From the NCBI GenBank assembly GCA_963663805.2, contig CAXXMR010000015.1:32001-96000 (forward strand): DNA of 64,000 bases, in the 5' to 3' direction. Both the position numbers and the translations under genes were made by a program. The stretch is from Sedimentisphaerales bacterium (GTDB lineage: Bacteria > Planctomycetota > Phycisphaerae > Sedimentisphaerales > SM23-30). The notes beneath the pieces were generated by a model, which saw only the letters and a list, made by a program, of their open reading frames with translations, did not search any database and was not told where the DNA came from. This document shows, piece after piece, positions 51,393 through 61,348 of this stretch (within the stretch, counting starts at the first letter, position 1; each line of letters begins with the position of its first letter).

Positions 51393-52220
51393 TTACCATT
51401 GCAAATGAGATGGAAACCACATAATATCATTGGCCTTTGCATCAACTCTGCCTCCATCTAAAAACTTGAAGGTATCTTCCTTTTCTAAATACTCACAATG
51501 TCCATCAAAAAAACCCATATTAAGGCCTTCCCTATGACGATGCGCAGGAGCATTCCAGGGAGAACCACTACTACTGCTGCTACCCCAGACATCACCGTAA
51601 ACATCCCAGAATTTTCTATAGTTAGCGTTACCATAGACTAAGCCGAAGTCTGTCGAATCCGCAAACGCAAAACAATAAGCGGGGCGTCTGACATCTGAAA
51701 GCTTAAAACCGATATAACCACCTCTAAAATTTTCATCAAAACTCGAATAAGTATTATTCACATTCAAACCCGACCAGTTATAACCATAACTTATATCTAC
51801 TCTGTCGTATGTGGTCTCATAAACACCTTTTTTCAAATTAACAGTGGGACATTGAAGCTTTTGGGATATTGTCAAATCATTTGTTGAGGTGTCAACTTCT
51901 TTGCCTGGATCGAGAAGCTCTCTCACATAAGGTAACTGAAACCAGCGGGCATAGCCTCCGGGCGTCGTACAAAAAGGAATGTAAGCGTCATTAAATTCTG
52001 TTAAATAAATTTGATTGCAGGTGTTAAGTGTTTTTATATTATTCATACAAACCGCCGCCTTGGCTTGTTCCCTGGCTCCGCTTAAAGCAGGCATAAGTAT
52101 AGACAACAATAGTGCAATGATTGCTATAACAACCAACAGCTCAACTAACGTGAAACCGCGATAGCGGAACGACCTCTTACAAATCGGAATAAAACCTGTT
52201 GACAAATTTGAATTATTCAT
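51393..52220 (-). CDS. Prepilin-type N-terminal cleavage/methylation protein with H-X9-DG motif
   Basis: [39 protein letters not shown]. Confidence 0.92.
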   Translation of the reverse strand: MNNSNLSTGFIPICKRSFRYRGFTLVELLVVIAIIALLLSILMPALSGAREQAKAAVCMNNIKTLNTCNQIYLTEFNDAYIPFCTTPGGYARWFQLPYVRELLDPGKEVDTSTNDLTISQKLQCPTVNLKKGVYETTYDRVDISYGYNWSGLNVNNTYSSFDENFRGGYIGFKLSDVRRPAYCFAFADSTDFGLVYGNANYRKFWDVYGDVWGSSSSSGSPWNAPAHRHREGLNMGFFDGHCEYLEKEDTFKFLDGGRVDAKANDIMWFPSHLQW

Positions 52221-52264
52221 AGTTAACCCTTCTGTTTGTCCATGCCTGCTTGCCCAAACGAAAC

Positions 52265-52310
52265 ACCGGTACTATGGCAGCCATGCGTTGACAACTGGCC
52301 ATAGTCCGGT
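52265..52310 (-). terminator. Stem-loop just downstream of the PEP-CTERM gene
   Basis: ACCGG-TACTATGGCAG...CTGGCCATAGT-CCGGT. No U-tract. Confidence 0.55.
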
Positions 52311-52317
52311 CCATACT

Positions 52318-53109
52318 TTATTTACGTTTCCTAAGCATCAGAACGCTCGAGCCCAGCAGCAGCACCAGAGATGCCGGCTCAGGCACCGCCGTTACAACCG
52401 TCCAGTCGCCGGAAAGCTCACTTTCAACCATGCCCGTACCGCCCAGAGCGATTATCTTGTTGCTGGCGATATAACTATCAATCAACGCGAGATGATCACC
52501 CCAAATCTTCAAAACACCGTCGGTAATATCAATAACTCCATTATTGCCTACCTCCAGGGCGCCAGCCCATATTTCACCGCCGTCCAGATGAACCACGCCA
52601 GCCGACCCACCCGTGCTGTTATTGCTGACATTAAGCTGCTGGTTAACGTTTAACAGGCCGCCTGTCATGTTTAACTCCCCGGTTGCCCAGTTACCGATAA
52701 ACATGTTGCTCCATTGGCAAAGCACTGACCCGCCGCTAATATTCACAACACCGGGCTTACCATTACCAACTGAAAATCCCCAAAAATCATCTCTACCTCT
52801 ACCAACGGTCAGAGAACCGCCCGTTACATCTAATGTCGCACCGCCGTTGTAATCGAAACCCACGGTAAGACCTTGCACTTCGGCGGTTATAGCACTGTCA
52901 ATCAGAACAACAGGGTTATAACTGCTGTCAATCCGGGCTTCATCGGCAGCATCTGGGACTTTGGTGTTATAGTTGCCGCTGTCCATCTCAACCCAGCTAC
53001 CGGCTACATCCCATCTGCCGCTGTCGCCGGTCCACCAATAAATATCCGCCGCCGAAATTGAGGTCATAACCAACAGCAAAAAACAAACCAACATTTTCTT
53101 GAACATCAC
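52318..53109 (-). CDS. PEP-CTERM sorting-domain protein
   Basis: Signal peptide and C-terminal VPEPASLVLLLGSSVLMLRKRK. Confidence 0.95.
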   Translation of the reverse strand: MMFKKMLVCFLLLVMTSISAADIYWWTGDSGRWDVAGSWVEMDSGNYNTKVPDAADEARIDSSYNPVVLIDSAITAEVQGLTVGFDYNGGATLDVTGGSLTVGRGRDDFWGFSVGNGKPGVVNISGGSVLCQWSNMFIGNWATGELNMTGGLLNVNQQLNVSNNSTGGSAGVVHLDGGEIWAGALEVGNNGVIDITDGVLKIWGDHLALIDSYIASNKIIALGGTGMVESELSGDWTVVTAVPEPASLVLLLGSSVLMLRKRK

Positions 53110-53201
53110 CTTACTCCTAAAAAAAAGTTAACCAACTTCCAGGACCAACGATTGACCCCGGCAATTTCACACACACAATTTATACCTTAACACTTAACCA
53201 A

Positions 53202-54365
53202 TTAAATCTTACCGCCCACCGAGCTCTGCCGAATAACAAGTTGAGGATTGATTTTTCGACACATCTCCCTGTCAAACGAACCCGATATCTTCTGGTGAAG
53301 CAGTTTGGCAGCTTCATATCCAACTTCTTCATTCTTTTGGTTGATGCTTGTCAGAGGAACTTTGAGACCCCGACAGAAAGGATAATCACCAAAGCTGACA
53401 ATAAAAACATTGCCCCCTATTTCCAAGCCCATTTCTTCCGCCGCCAGACAAACAGCCTTGGCCGTATAGTCATTCAGTGTCAGAATATTATAAAATTCAC
53501 GCTTCTCCCGCTTGAAAAAATCAAGAGTAAGGCTGTACTGGGTACACAGGAAAGGCTCTTCAATATCTCGGCTGTAAATCGTGGCATAACTGCCATCCAT
53601 CTCATTGAAAATCAGCTTGCAATAATCCCCAAAATTTTGATGACCATGCTCTGCCATCGCAATCCGCCAGCCGTCATAACGTTCTCTAACCGAGCTCAGC
53701 TTTGAATCATCAGAAAAATAAAACACCGGCTCATTGCAATTCTCGAAAAGATGATTACAGGCCATATACGCGCCATGAGTATGGTCTATCGAAACGGAAC
53801 TGGCACTGGTACCCTCTAATTGCCTATCCACAAGGACAACTTTTACCCCTTTAGCCATTGCAAAATTAATCGCCTCTACGATCTCCGGATGATAATACGG
53901 CAAGATAATCAATCCATCAGTACACGGATTCCGAATACCTTCAATAAATGCTTCATGGGAATTGGGCGAATCAATAACAAGGGAGTCAAGATTGTTTTCG
54001 ACTTCGTAACGGGAAATTCCCTGGGTTATCTGAAGGTCAAGGCTGTCACGAGTTGTTCGTAAAAACGTCATTGAACAAGAATCAAAATTGGGTTCGAATT
54101 TTATCACGACCGGACGTTTACCTCGGCCGCGGCCATTCTTGAAATGAACCAGACCATCCTGCTCCAAAAGATCAAGTGCCATAATAACCGCCTGGTAGCT
54201 GACATCATATTCTTTGACTATTTTAGCGATAGGCGGCAGTTCATCTCCATGCTTAACAGAGCCGTTTTTAATTTCATTAGCAAGATGCCTTTGCACTTGC
54301 TTATAGATGGGCATGGGCTTGCCGGCTTCCTTGATTATTCCTTTTTTAGGTACTGCTATCGACAT
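53202..54365 (-). CDS. GntR-HTH / LacI-type sugar-binding transcriptional regulator (AraR-like architecture)
   Basis: PIYKQVQ..GDELPP..YDVS..ALDLLEQDGLV; VVLVDR, VSIDH, ERYDGW, PLTSINQ, LVIRQS. Confidence 0.92.
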   Translation of the reverse strand: MSIAVPKKGIIKEAGKPMPIYKQVQRHLANEIKNGSVKHGDELPPIAKIVKEYDVSYQAVIMALDLLEQDGLVHFKNGRGRGKRPVVIKFEPNFDSCSMTFLRTTRDSLDLQITQGISRYEVENNLDSLVIDSPNSHEAFIEGIRNPCTDGLIILPYYHPEIVEAINFAMAKGVKVVLVDRQLEGTSASSVSIDHTHGAYMACNHLFENCNEPVFYFSDDSKLSSVRERYDGWRIAMAEHGHQNFGDYCKLIFNEMDGSYATIYSRDIEEPFLCTQYSLTLDFFKREKREFYNILTLNDYTAKAVCLAAEEMGLEIGGNVFIVSFGDYPFCRGLKVPLTSINQKNEEVGYEAAKLLHQKISGSFDREMCRKINPQLVIRQSSVGGKI

Positions 54366-54806
54366 TGTTATTCCAATCTCTTATTTGCTTCGACCTCATT
54401 AACCAGAACAATTTTATGAGAAATGATAAAAAAAAACAAGCAAAAAAGTGAGATGTTGCAAAAAACTACTTTTTTACACAAAAAACTATATTTCATTTAT
54501 ATAAAACCACTTACATAAATTAACCACCAGATATAACTACTATTGTTTTGGCAAAAGTTCACCAAAAAACGTCTTTAGGGGACTAAAAGTGCGATTATTT
54601 GCAAAATTTCTCAAAAATGTGGCCTTGCCTCGAAAACGCCAACTTCCTTTTTACTTACATTATTCCCAAAGCACCATGAGTGCGTCCGATAAAAGTATTC
54701 GACAACGCTTTTGGTAAGTATTTTGAAGTTTTTCTCTCAACCCTGCAAAAAGCAACGGTAAAAAAACATTTGGCTAAAGTATTACAAGATTTCTACTTTT
54801 CATCCT

Positions 54807-56780
54807 TTACGACTCCTGGAAATCCATAGCATAATCCATTTTATCCAGATGGCGATACCAGACAAAATAAAGGATGATAACACACAGCACAAAAATTCCG
54901 AATGTGACGGCAAAACTATACCAGAGGCGAAGAATAATCTGCATTGAACTGAGCATCAGAGTTACGTGAGCAATAAGACTAAAAGGTAAGGCCCATAAAT
55001 CCCTTTTGTGTTCCGAGCCACTGCAACGAAGACTGGATTCTGTCAGGCGGTTTTTAAACGGCCGCCATAAACCAAACGGTCGAACCTTCAGATAATAATT
55101 TTCGAGTACATCCGAAGCTGTCGGTTTGGTCATGAGTGTTGTTACCACAGAGAAAAACAATGTGGCTACAAAAATAATAATGTAAGCAATTTTCACATCC
55201 ATCTCCGGATACAAGGCTCGCTGAAATACTGCCGCAAAAGCACCGAACAGCAAACCGGCATTAAAGCCCCAGGCATTGAACCGCCACCAGAAATAACGCA
55301 GTGTTGATGGAACTACCATTCCCGTGCCCAGACTCATGACAATCCAGCCCCAGATGTCATTTATGTTGCGAACTGTAAATGCCATCAGAAAGCCCAGTGT
55401 CACCAGAACAACAATAAAAACATAGCTTGACAAAATTAGTTCTTTTATTTCCGCTTTGGGACGTATTAGATTCTGATAAATATCGCGGGTAAACAATCCC
55501 GCTGTCGCATTTACCGCTGAATCAAAAGAACTCATCGAGGCCGCGATAAGGGCGATCATTATTATGCCGCGCATACCCGGTGGTATCATATATTTCATCA
55601 CGGCAGGGATAATAGCTTCGCTGTTGATATTGCCGTAATAATCAAGCATAATAATACATTCCTGCCAGTTATCACCCAATAGACTCTGCAATAAAGACAC
55701 TAGTTCAGCATAATTTTCAGGATGCAGCGAGATACCACTGACCGCATCCGTCCAGTTCACATTGTTCACCTCAGGAAGATGGGTTTTAATCAGAACAGCG
55801 ATCTGGGAAAACTGGTCAAGATTAGCGAACATATTATTCACCAGAAACATTCCCAGCACCACAAAGGCAATCATAAGAGGCCATCGGACCACGAGAGTTA
55901 TAGCCCACATAATAGTCATTTTGCTGCAATCCTTGTCAGTCCGACAAGCGAGCTGCTTGGGGTCGGCCCCTGCCGGGGTTCCGAATATTACATTGTTCAG
56001 CAGCGCGAAAGCCGCCAACAATACAACGTATTGGTAAGTTTCATAACCAGAAGGCATCGACGCTTTGAGGGATGGCAGAGAACTAAACCATTCTGGATTA
56101 TTCGTGATTTTATAAACAATGGTCTCAAACTCACCGCCAAACAAAGTAAGTTTATTGACAGCCATAATGCAAATAAAGATAACACCTATTATGATAAGAA
56201 TCATTTGGATGACATCTGTGACTACTACGCCGTAAAAACCGGAAAAAATCGTATAAATCGTCACAATAGTTACAAAAAAGAGAGAGCAGGTAATTGGCGA
56301 ATATGGCAAAAACATAGACAAAAATACCCCCAGACCTTTTGCGATAAGAGACAATAGCCCAATAGTGGAAATAAAGCCCACTACCGCCGCCGAAACTCTC
56401 GACAACTGTGATGCACCATCACTTCCAAAACGAAATTTCAAAAATTCAGCCCCAGTGATACACCCGCTTCGCCTGTGCCATTTACCGCTCCAGACCATCA
56501 TAACTACCAGTACAAGACAAGCCCCACCCCTAAAAGCAATATACAAACCCTGCGGTCCCATATAATACAGAAATGACACAATTACCATCGAACCAGCCAA
56601 TGAAAGATAACTGGCCATTCCGGAAAAACCCATGACCCACCAGGGCATATTTCGCCCCCCAAGGAAATAATCTTCCAAGGATCCCGATGCCTTTTTTTTG
56701 AGATAAAACCCCATTCCCATTAAAATAACCAGATATATTACAAAAACCGTATAATCGAAAAGGTTAAAAAATGCTGACAT
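54807..56780 (-). CDS. Sodium:solute symporter (SSS)
   Basis: DYFLGGRNMPWW, TGAEFLKFRFG, SGFYGVVVTDVIQ, AASMSSFDS. Confidence 0.92.
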   Translation of the reverse strand: MSAFFNLFDYTVFVIYLVILMGMGFYLKKKASGSLEDYFLGGRNMPWWVMGFSGMASYLSLAGSMVIVSFLYYMGPQGLYIAFRGGACLVLVVMMVWSGKWHRRSGCITGAEFLKFRFGSDGASQLSRVSAAVVGFISTIGLLSLIAKGLGVFLSMFLPYSPITCSLFFVTIVTIYTIFSGFYGVVVTDVIQMILIIIGVIFICIMAVNKLTLFGGEFETIVYKITNNPEWFSSLPSLKASMPSGYETYQYVVLLAAFALLNNVIFGTPAGADPKQLACRTDKDCSKMTIMWAITLVVRWPLMIAFVVLGMFLVNNMFANLDQFSQIAVLIKTHLPEVNNVNWTDAVSGISLHPENYAELVSLLQSLLGDNWQECIIMLDYYGNINSEAIIPAVMKYMIPPGMRGIIMIALIAASMSSFDSAVNATAGLFTRDIYQNLIRPKAEIKELILSSYVFIVVLVTLGFLMAFTVRNINDIWGWIVMSLGTGMVVPSTLRYFWWRFNAWGFNAGLLFGAFAAVFQRALYPEMDVKIAYIIIFVATLFFSVVTTLMTKPTASDVLENYYLKVRPFGLWRPFKNRLTESSLRCSGSEHKRDLWALPFSLIAHVTLMLSSMQIILRLWYSFAVTFGIFVLCVIILYFVWYRHLDKMDYAMDFQES

Positions 56781-56854
56781 ATTAGCTCCTGGAAGAAAAG
56801 ATATTTGAACAATATTCTATTGAAGTTTTTTTATTTGTTCATTTGGATGGGGCT

Positions 56855-57952
56855 TTAGTACATCATGTTTTCTCGATAAACTTCCAGCGCATAGTTTAAC
56901 GTATCTAGAGTAATGTTGGTTGAAATCGAATGATCTGAGCCGAAAATGTAACGGGAATTCAGATTTTTGATTCCTCTGGTTATACGTTCGACTTCTGTGC
57001 GAACCTGATTGCGGTCATTGGTTTCAAAAATTCGGACATCCATCCCGCCGACCAAGGCAATTCTGTCACCATAGTTTTTTGCGAAACGTAACACATCGCA
57101 ACCGGCCTTTACTTCCATAGCGTGCAGAGCATCAAAACCCACATCCACAATCATAGGTAATGCCGCCTCAATCCCGCCGCAAGTGTGCAGTATTACGGGC
57201 AAATCCAGCGCATGGAAGAATTCAGTCATTTCCGCATAATAGGGAAAAATGAGTTTCTTGAGCACGTCAGGCGAACAGAACAGGCCGTTCTTATAACCTA
57301 GGTCTTCACAAAGCATCACACCGTCCGGCTTGCCAACCAAGTCAAAAAGCAGTTGGAAATGATTTTTATAAAAATCAGTGTAAACCCGATTGAAGTCCCT
57401 GACCCACCCCGGATCACAAAGCAACGATTCGTACATGCAGATATCGCCCAGGCTCCCCCGCATCGTCTCCCAGACGTGTAGGCTGCCGGCGTACGCAAAG
57501 GTGTTGTTTTTTCGTCGATGTTTGAGCCAGTTATGATTATCATCCTTATTAACACGATTCGGATTAGTTTCCAGTAGATGTTCGCGATAATCACATTCCC
57601 AGACTTCCCGACTTGTCATGGAAAACTTCATGTGCTCAGGAGTACCCGGACGTTCTTTCCAATTTTTAAAATACGCTCCGGCACCGTCTTTGGTAATCTT
57701 CCATTCGTCAGACTCCTCGATCAACTCCGGCTCTATTACCAAAGGTGTAGACTGAAACCACGCTCCCATCCCACCCATATCCATCCTGAAATAGTCATAC
57801 GGATCCCGCGGCTCACCCTTATCATCTACCGGATAGCCTTCTTCATCCCGCCACTTCTTAAGCGTCTGCGGCCAAAAAAAATCAAACAAACCTATGCGGT
57901 CCGGTGAACCACCACGCAAAATATTATCAATCACATCTTTTGATGTTTGCAC
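56855..57952 (-). CDS. Uroporphyrinogen decarboxylase / MtaA-CmuA methyltransferase-fold protein
   Basis: EDLGYKNGLFCSP, LHTCG, GGMDVR, FGSDHSI. Confidence 0.85.
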   Translation of the reverse strand: MQTSKDVIDNILRGGSPDRIGLFDFFWPQTLKKWRDEEGYPVDDKGEPRDPYDYFRMDMGGMGAWFQSTPLVIEPELIEESDEWKITKDGAGAYFKNWKERPGTPEHMKFSMTSREVWECDYREHLLETNPNRVNKDDNHNWLKHRRKNNTFAYAGSLHVWETMRGSLGDICMYESLLCDPGWVRDFNRVYTDFYKNHFQLLFDLVGKPDGVMLCEDLGYKNGLFCSPDVLKKLIFPYYAEMTEFFHALDLPVILHTCGGIEAALPMIVDVGFDALHAMEVKAGCDVLRFAKNYGDRIALVGGMDVRIFETNDRNQVRTEVERITRGIKNLNSRYIFGSDHSISTNITLDTLNYALEVYRENMMY

Positions 57953-58102
57953 CTTTTCACCTCACCAGTCCTCAAATAAAACCGCCTCTTCAAAAAGCGA
58001 CGCAAACCGTATTTTGAAAAAATTAAGTCTAGTCGCGTTTTTTGCCACAAAATCATGCTTTGAGGCAAACACCTACATTTTTCAAAAAAAGTTTTTGGGG
58101 CC

Positions 58103-60985
58103 TTAGTTTTGGCTCACAGATGACCAGGTTCTAAGTTTGCAATTATACAAAACAAATCCTTCTTGAGGCCCATACGGACAATTGCCCAGGCGCACATACA
58201 GATCATTCGAGTCAAAAACTCCGTACGCCGTCATCCTTCTAAGAAACGCGTTTTTATCTCGGTAGAAACGCTGGTTGCCATTATTGGAGAATTTCACATA
58301 AACTGAGCCGTCCTCATTAAGGTATTTAGTGACATCTATGATCTTGAGCCAAGCGGCGTCCGCGGTGCGGCCTCCCTCACGGGTCAATTCATCGTTTTCA
58401 TTGAGCTCCTGATGCCAGGACGAGCCATCTGTAGAAATCTCGACCTTATAACCATTGCCGGTTACCAGTTCCAGATGGCATTCGACAACTTCGGGCAAAG
58501 ACAGCTTATAGATAAAGTATCCATTTTCGCTAACATATCGACAATGATCTCTGTGAACCTGTGAGCCTTTATGGTCGGCGATTATATGGTTGTCATTGGG
58601 AGGAGTAATAACCATCATTTTCAATAATTCATCTGAATTACCCACCAGAAAAGAAAGATCCACGGAATCCCAAACCGCTTCCGGAGACCAAGTATTGAGT
58701 CGCTGATACCATCTTTCTCCGTCAGGGGATACTTCCAGGGTATAGCTATTGCCGCGGCATTTTAAATCAAAAGCAGCCCCGGCAGGATTATCAACCTCAA
58801 ATTTATAAATCAGGGACTCGTCATCACGATTGAATTTCCGAGCATTGTCAACCAGATTTCCAGCGTCTTTGAGCAGGTGGAGTTTTTCCGTTTCACTGCC
58901 GGGCAATAAAGATATTTCCCGAACATCATAAAGCCTGACGGGTGTTCCCGAGACCATACGCAATTTATCCCTGCTGTGGGGCAGAAAAGGGTTATCCACT
59001 AATGGTTCCTGGGTGACTGTAATATTGCCCTGGGCATTATAGACGGGAAATGAAGCCAGAGGCAGAAAGGTTTTGGTTTTCTGGGGGATATTTAAACCTC
59101 TAAGGCAATAGCCTATGAAATTGGGCTGAGCGTCATCCTGAGCCCATGGTCCGGCACCGGCATCGTTCCAGAGATCCTTGAGATGAATATTGGGGTCACT
59201 ACCGCCCATACCACCGCTGGGAACGTCCAGATTCAAAAGTATTTTCGATTTGTCAAGCATTCCGGCATGTCCCCAGGCTCCCAAAGGCAGTGAGCCAAAA
59301 TAGGTATCGCTGGCACCACCGGGTGCGCCAATGAGCTCACCATTGCGATATATACCTTTTTCATCGATGTCATAGACCTCCAGCCCTCTTTCCCAGGCCT
59401 GAAAATAATCTTCACGTCCGGTAGCTTCATAAGCGAGCCAGAGAGATCGCAGGGCATAAAAATGTCGCCAACCGTCAACCCAACCCTTTCCGTCATACGA
59501 TGATTCCTTCGACAACATGCGTTGAGTTACTTTATCCAGCCAGGGAAGATATTTATCTATCATCCGCTGATCTTTGAGCAGTTTGGCTGTTCTAATCATC
59601 CATGCAGCGGCCCGAACCTCGCTGAAAACCCGGTGTTCCAGCCTCATGCCATCCCGCTCTGCAAAGAGCAGGGCGTCCACAGCACGCTGGGCCTGAAGCA
59701 GGGAAGTCTGGGCAAGCGGTTCGTTATATTTAGTCAGCAGATAGGCCGATGCGGCCAGTCCCGCAGGGATGCTGTCCTGCAGCTGCATGGAAGGAAAACC
59801 GTTGTGCATTAGTTTACCGGTTTTCAGAAAACTCTCGGCATTACTGAACACATAATCCATATCCTTATTGTTAATCCAGTCGAATGGAAAAAGCCAAACC
59901 TTACCTGCTGCTTTATTATTTTTACGCGGATACGACAAGTTGATCTGGTTGTATCCATCCTGAGCCAATGCTTCCATTCGAACCGGTTGTTCGTCAAATA
60001 TCACCAGAATAGCTAAGGAATAGCCTGGGCCTGTCCAGTTTACGTCTTTTCTCAAAACAAAATAAGGAAAATCAACCTTGTCAAATATCTGGTCGCCATC
60101 AGCTTTGCTACTAAAAACAGTCTTACGGTTGGGCAGTTGTATGAATGTTTCGGCATCCTTCCAAGTGCTGCCGAAAAGTACCATGTGGTCACCCAGGGTT
60201 ATATCCAGCATTTCGGCATCAGGCGATTCAAAAGCGAATTCAAGCGGTTTGTCTTCATTGCTGAACCAGTATTTGCCGGCAAAATCGACCTTTATATCAT
60301 CTTTATTAAAGTGGCGTTGGAACACAAAAGGTGACTCGTTCCAATATCTTGAGATACCGGCCTTATTGATTACGATGCCGTTTTTATCAGTTTCATTTCG
60401 GGCCAGTGCTGTGGTCCCGGCCCCCTCAGGCTCATCAGTATAATTGAAATCATCAATATTGAAACATCCGCCCGACTGGTTCAATCTGAAACCTACTTTA
60501 AGATAGCCCATTACATTATCCCCCCAAGTTGACAGGCGTAACTTCGATGTGTTCTCATCTTCGAAAATCAGAAAAGTCTTTCCGTCGTTTCTGTGCCTGA
60601 AACTGTAATAAGCCTTTGTTCCGGGATAGCGTGCTGACATTAAGCCCTTGGCTAATCTTCTGATAAGTTCCAGTCGGACTACCGGTGAATACTGGTCTTC
60701 ATATACCAGGCCTTCGAGAAGCCTGGCATTATCGTCCGGAAATTGAAGGTGCCAGGCATCCCAGGACGGGATGTCAAAATTAAGGTGAGTGTAGCTGACA
60801 AGATTTACCCGTTTGTCTAGCAGGTTTTCACAGTAATTGGTTGCCAGGCCATTCATTTCCATGAGGTCATAGGGTGCAAATAGACGACGCAGGTTTTTCT
60901 GCGGACCTAACGGTTCAACTCCTCCAAACCAAGCTTGTGAACAAGAACATAAACACGCGACCAGCAAAACCAAAAAACGTCTCAT
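58103..60985 (-). CDS. Large secreted hypothetical protein, possible (alpha/alpha)-barrel glycosidase with two C-terminal beta-sandwich repeats
   Basis: Start MRRFLVLL at 60985 (ORF track 61039). Helical LWLAYEATGREDY. Repeats IYKF..LEVSPDGERW and IYKL..VEISTDGSSW. Confidence 0.6.
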   Translation of the reverse strand: MRRFLVLLVACLCSCSQAWFGGVEPLGPQKNLRRLFAPYDLMEMNGLATNYCENLLDKRVNLVSYTHLNFDIPSWDAWHLQFPDDNARLLEGLVYEDQYSPVVRLELIRRLAKGLMSARYPGTKAYYSFRHRNDGKTFLIFEDENTSKLRLSTWGDNVMGYLKVGFRLNQSGGCFNIDDFNYTDEPEGAGTTALARNETDKNGIVINKAGISRYWNESPFVFQRHFNKDDIKVDFAGKYWFSNEDKPLEFAFESPDAEMLDITLGDHMVLFGSTWKDAETFIQLPNRKTVFSSKADGDQIFDKVDFPYFVLRKDVNWTGPGYSLAILVIFDEQPVRMEALAQDGYNQINLSYPRKNNKAAGKVWLFPFDWINNKDMDYVFSNAESFLKTGKLMHNGFPSMQLQDSIPAGLAASAYLLTKYNEPLAQTSLLQAQRAVDALLFAERDGMRLEHRVFSEVRAAAWMIRTAKLLKDQRMIDKYLPWLDKVTQRMLSKESSYDGKGWVDGWRHFYALRSLWLAYEATGREDYFQAWERGLEVYDIDEKGIYRNGELIGAPGGASDTYFGSLPLGAWGHAGMLDKSKILLNLDVPSGGMGGSDPNIHLKDLWNDAGAGPWAQDDAQPNFIGYCLRGLNIPQKTKTFLPLASFPVYNAQGNITVTQEPLVDNPFLPHSRDKLRMVSGTPVRLYDVREISLLPGSETEKLHLLKDAGNLVDNARKFNRDDESLIYKFEVDNPAGAAFDLKCRGNSYTLEVSPDGERWYQRLNTWSPEAVWDSVDLSFLVGNSDELLKMMVITPPNDNHIIADHKGSQVHRDHCRYVSENGYFIYKLSLPEVVECHLELVTGNGYKVEISTDGSSWHQELNENDELTREGGRTADAAWLKIIDVTKYLNEDGSVYVKFSNNGNQRFYRDKNAFLRRMTAYGVFDSNDLYVRLGNCPYGPQEGFVLYNCKLRTWSSVSQN

Positions 60986-61348
60986 AATTTGCCTTTCTAA
61001 ACTGTTTGTGCTGATTCGTATGGTAAAATACCTATACATCCAACAAAAAATACGCTTTTCCGTACTGCATCTTTATTTTCTGAATCAAACGTTGGAATAC
61101 CTCCGGGTTCTTGTCTTAAGACCAACATTCGGCCGCTATGCTACATAATAACAATCGATAAGGCAAGGGCTAAATTTAAAAAAACAGAGTAAAATATAAC
61201 CAAAAAGATAATTACTACTAGTTTGTCTTTAACGCAATACCTTATTTTTAAAGAACTTACACTCAGATCCAGAATTAAATATATTTTTTTATTAAAATAT
61301 CTGAAGGATCTTCGTGACGAAAATTACAGTTTATGTTTGACTACAAAG

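Larger units (their letters stand above)
50553..53120 (-). repeat. ~725-bp direct repeat pair (50553-51277 and 52396-53120)
   Basis: Offset 1843 bp. 51073-51247 is identical to 52916-53090 (175 nt); the remainder is diverged. Confidence 0.92.

Noticed and set aside
50553..53120. Diversity-generating retroelement (template/variable repeat)
   Set aside because: No reverse transcriptase in the window, both copies are coding N-termini, and the differences do not look adenine-specific.
56855..57952. Naming the URO-D-like gene hemE
   Set aside because: It lacks the N-terminal RQAGR motif of HemE and has no tetrapyrrole context.
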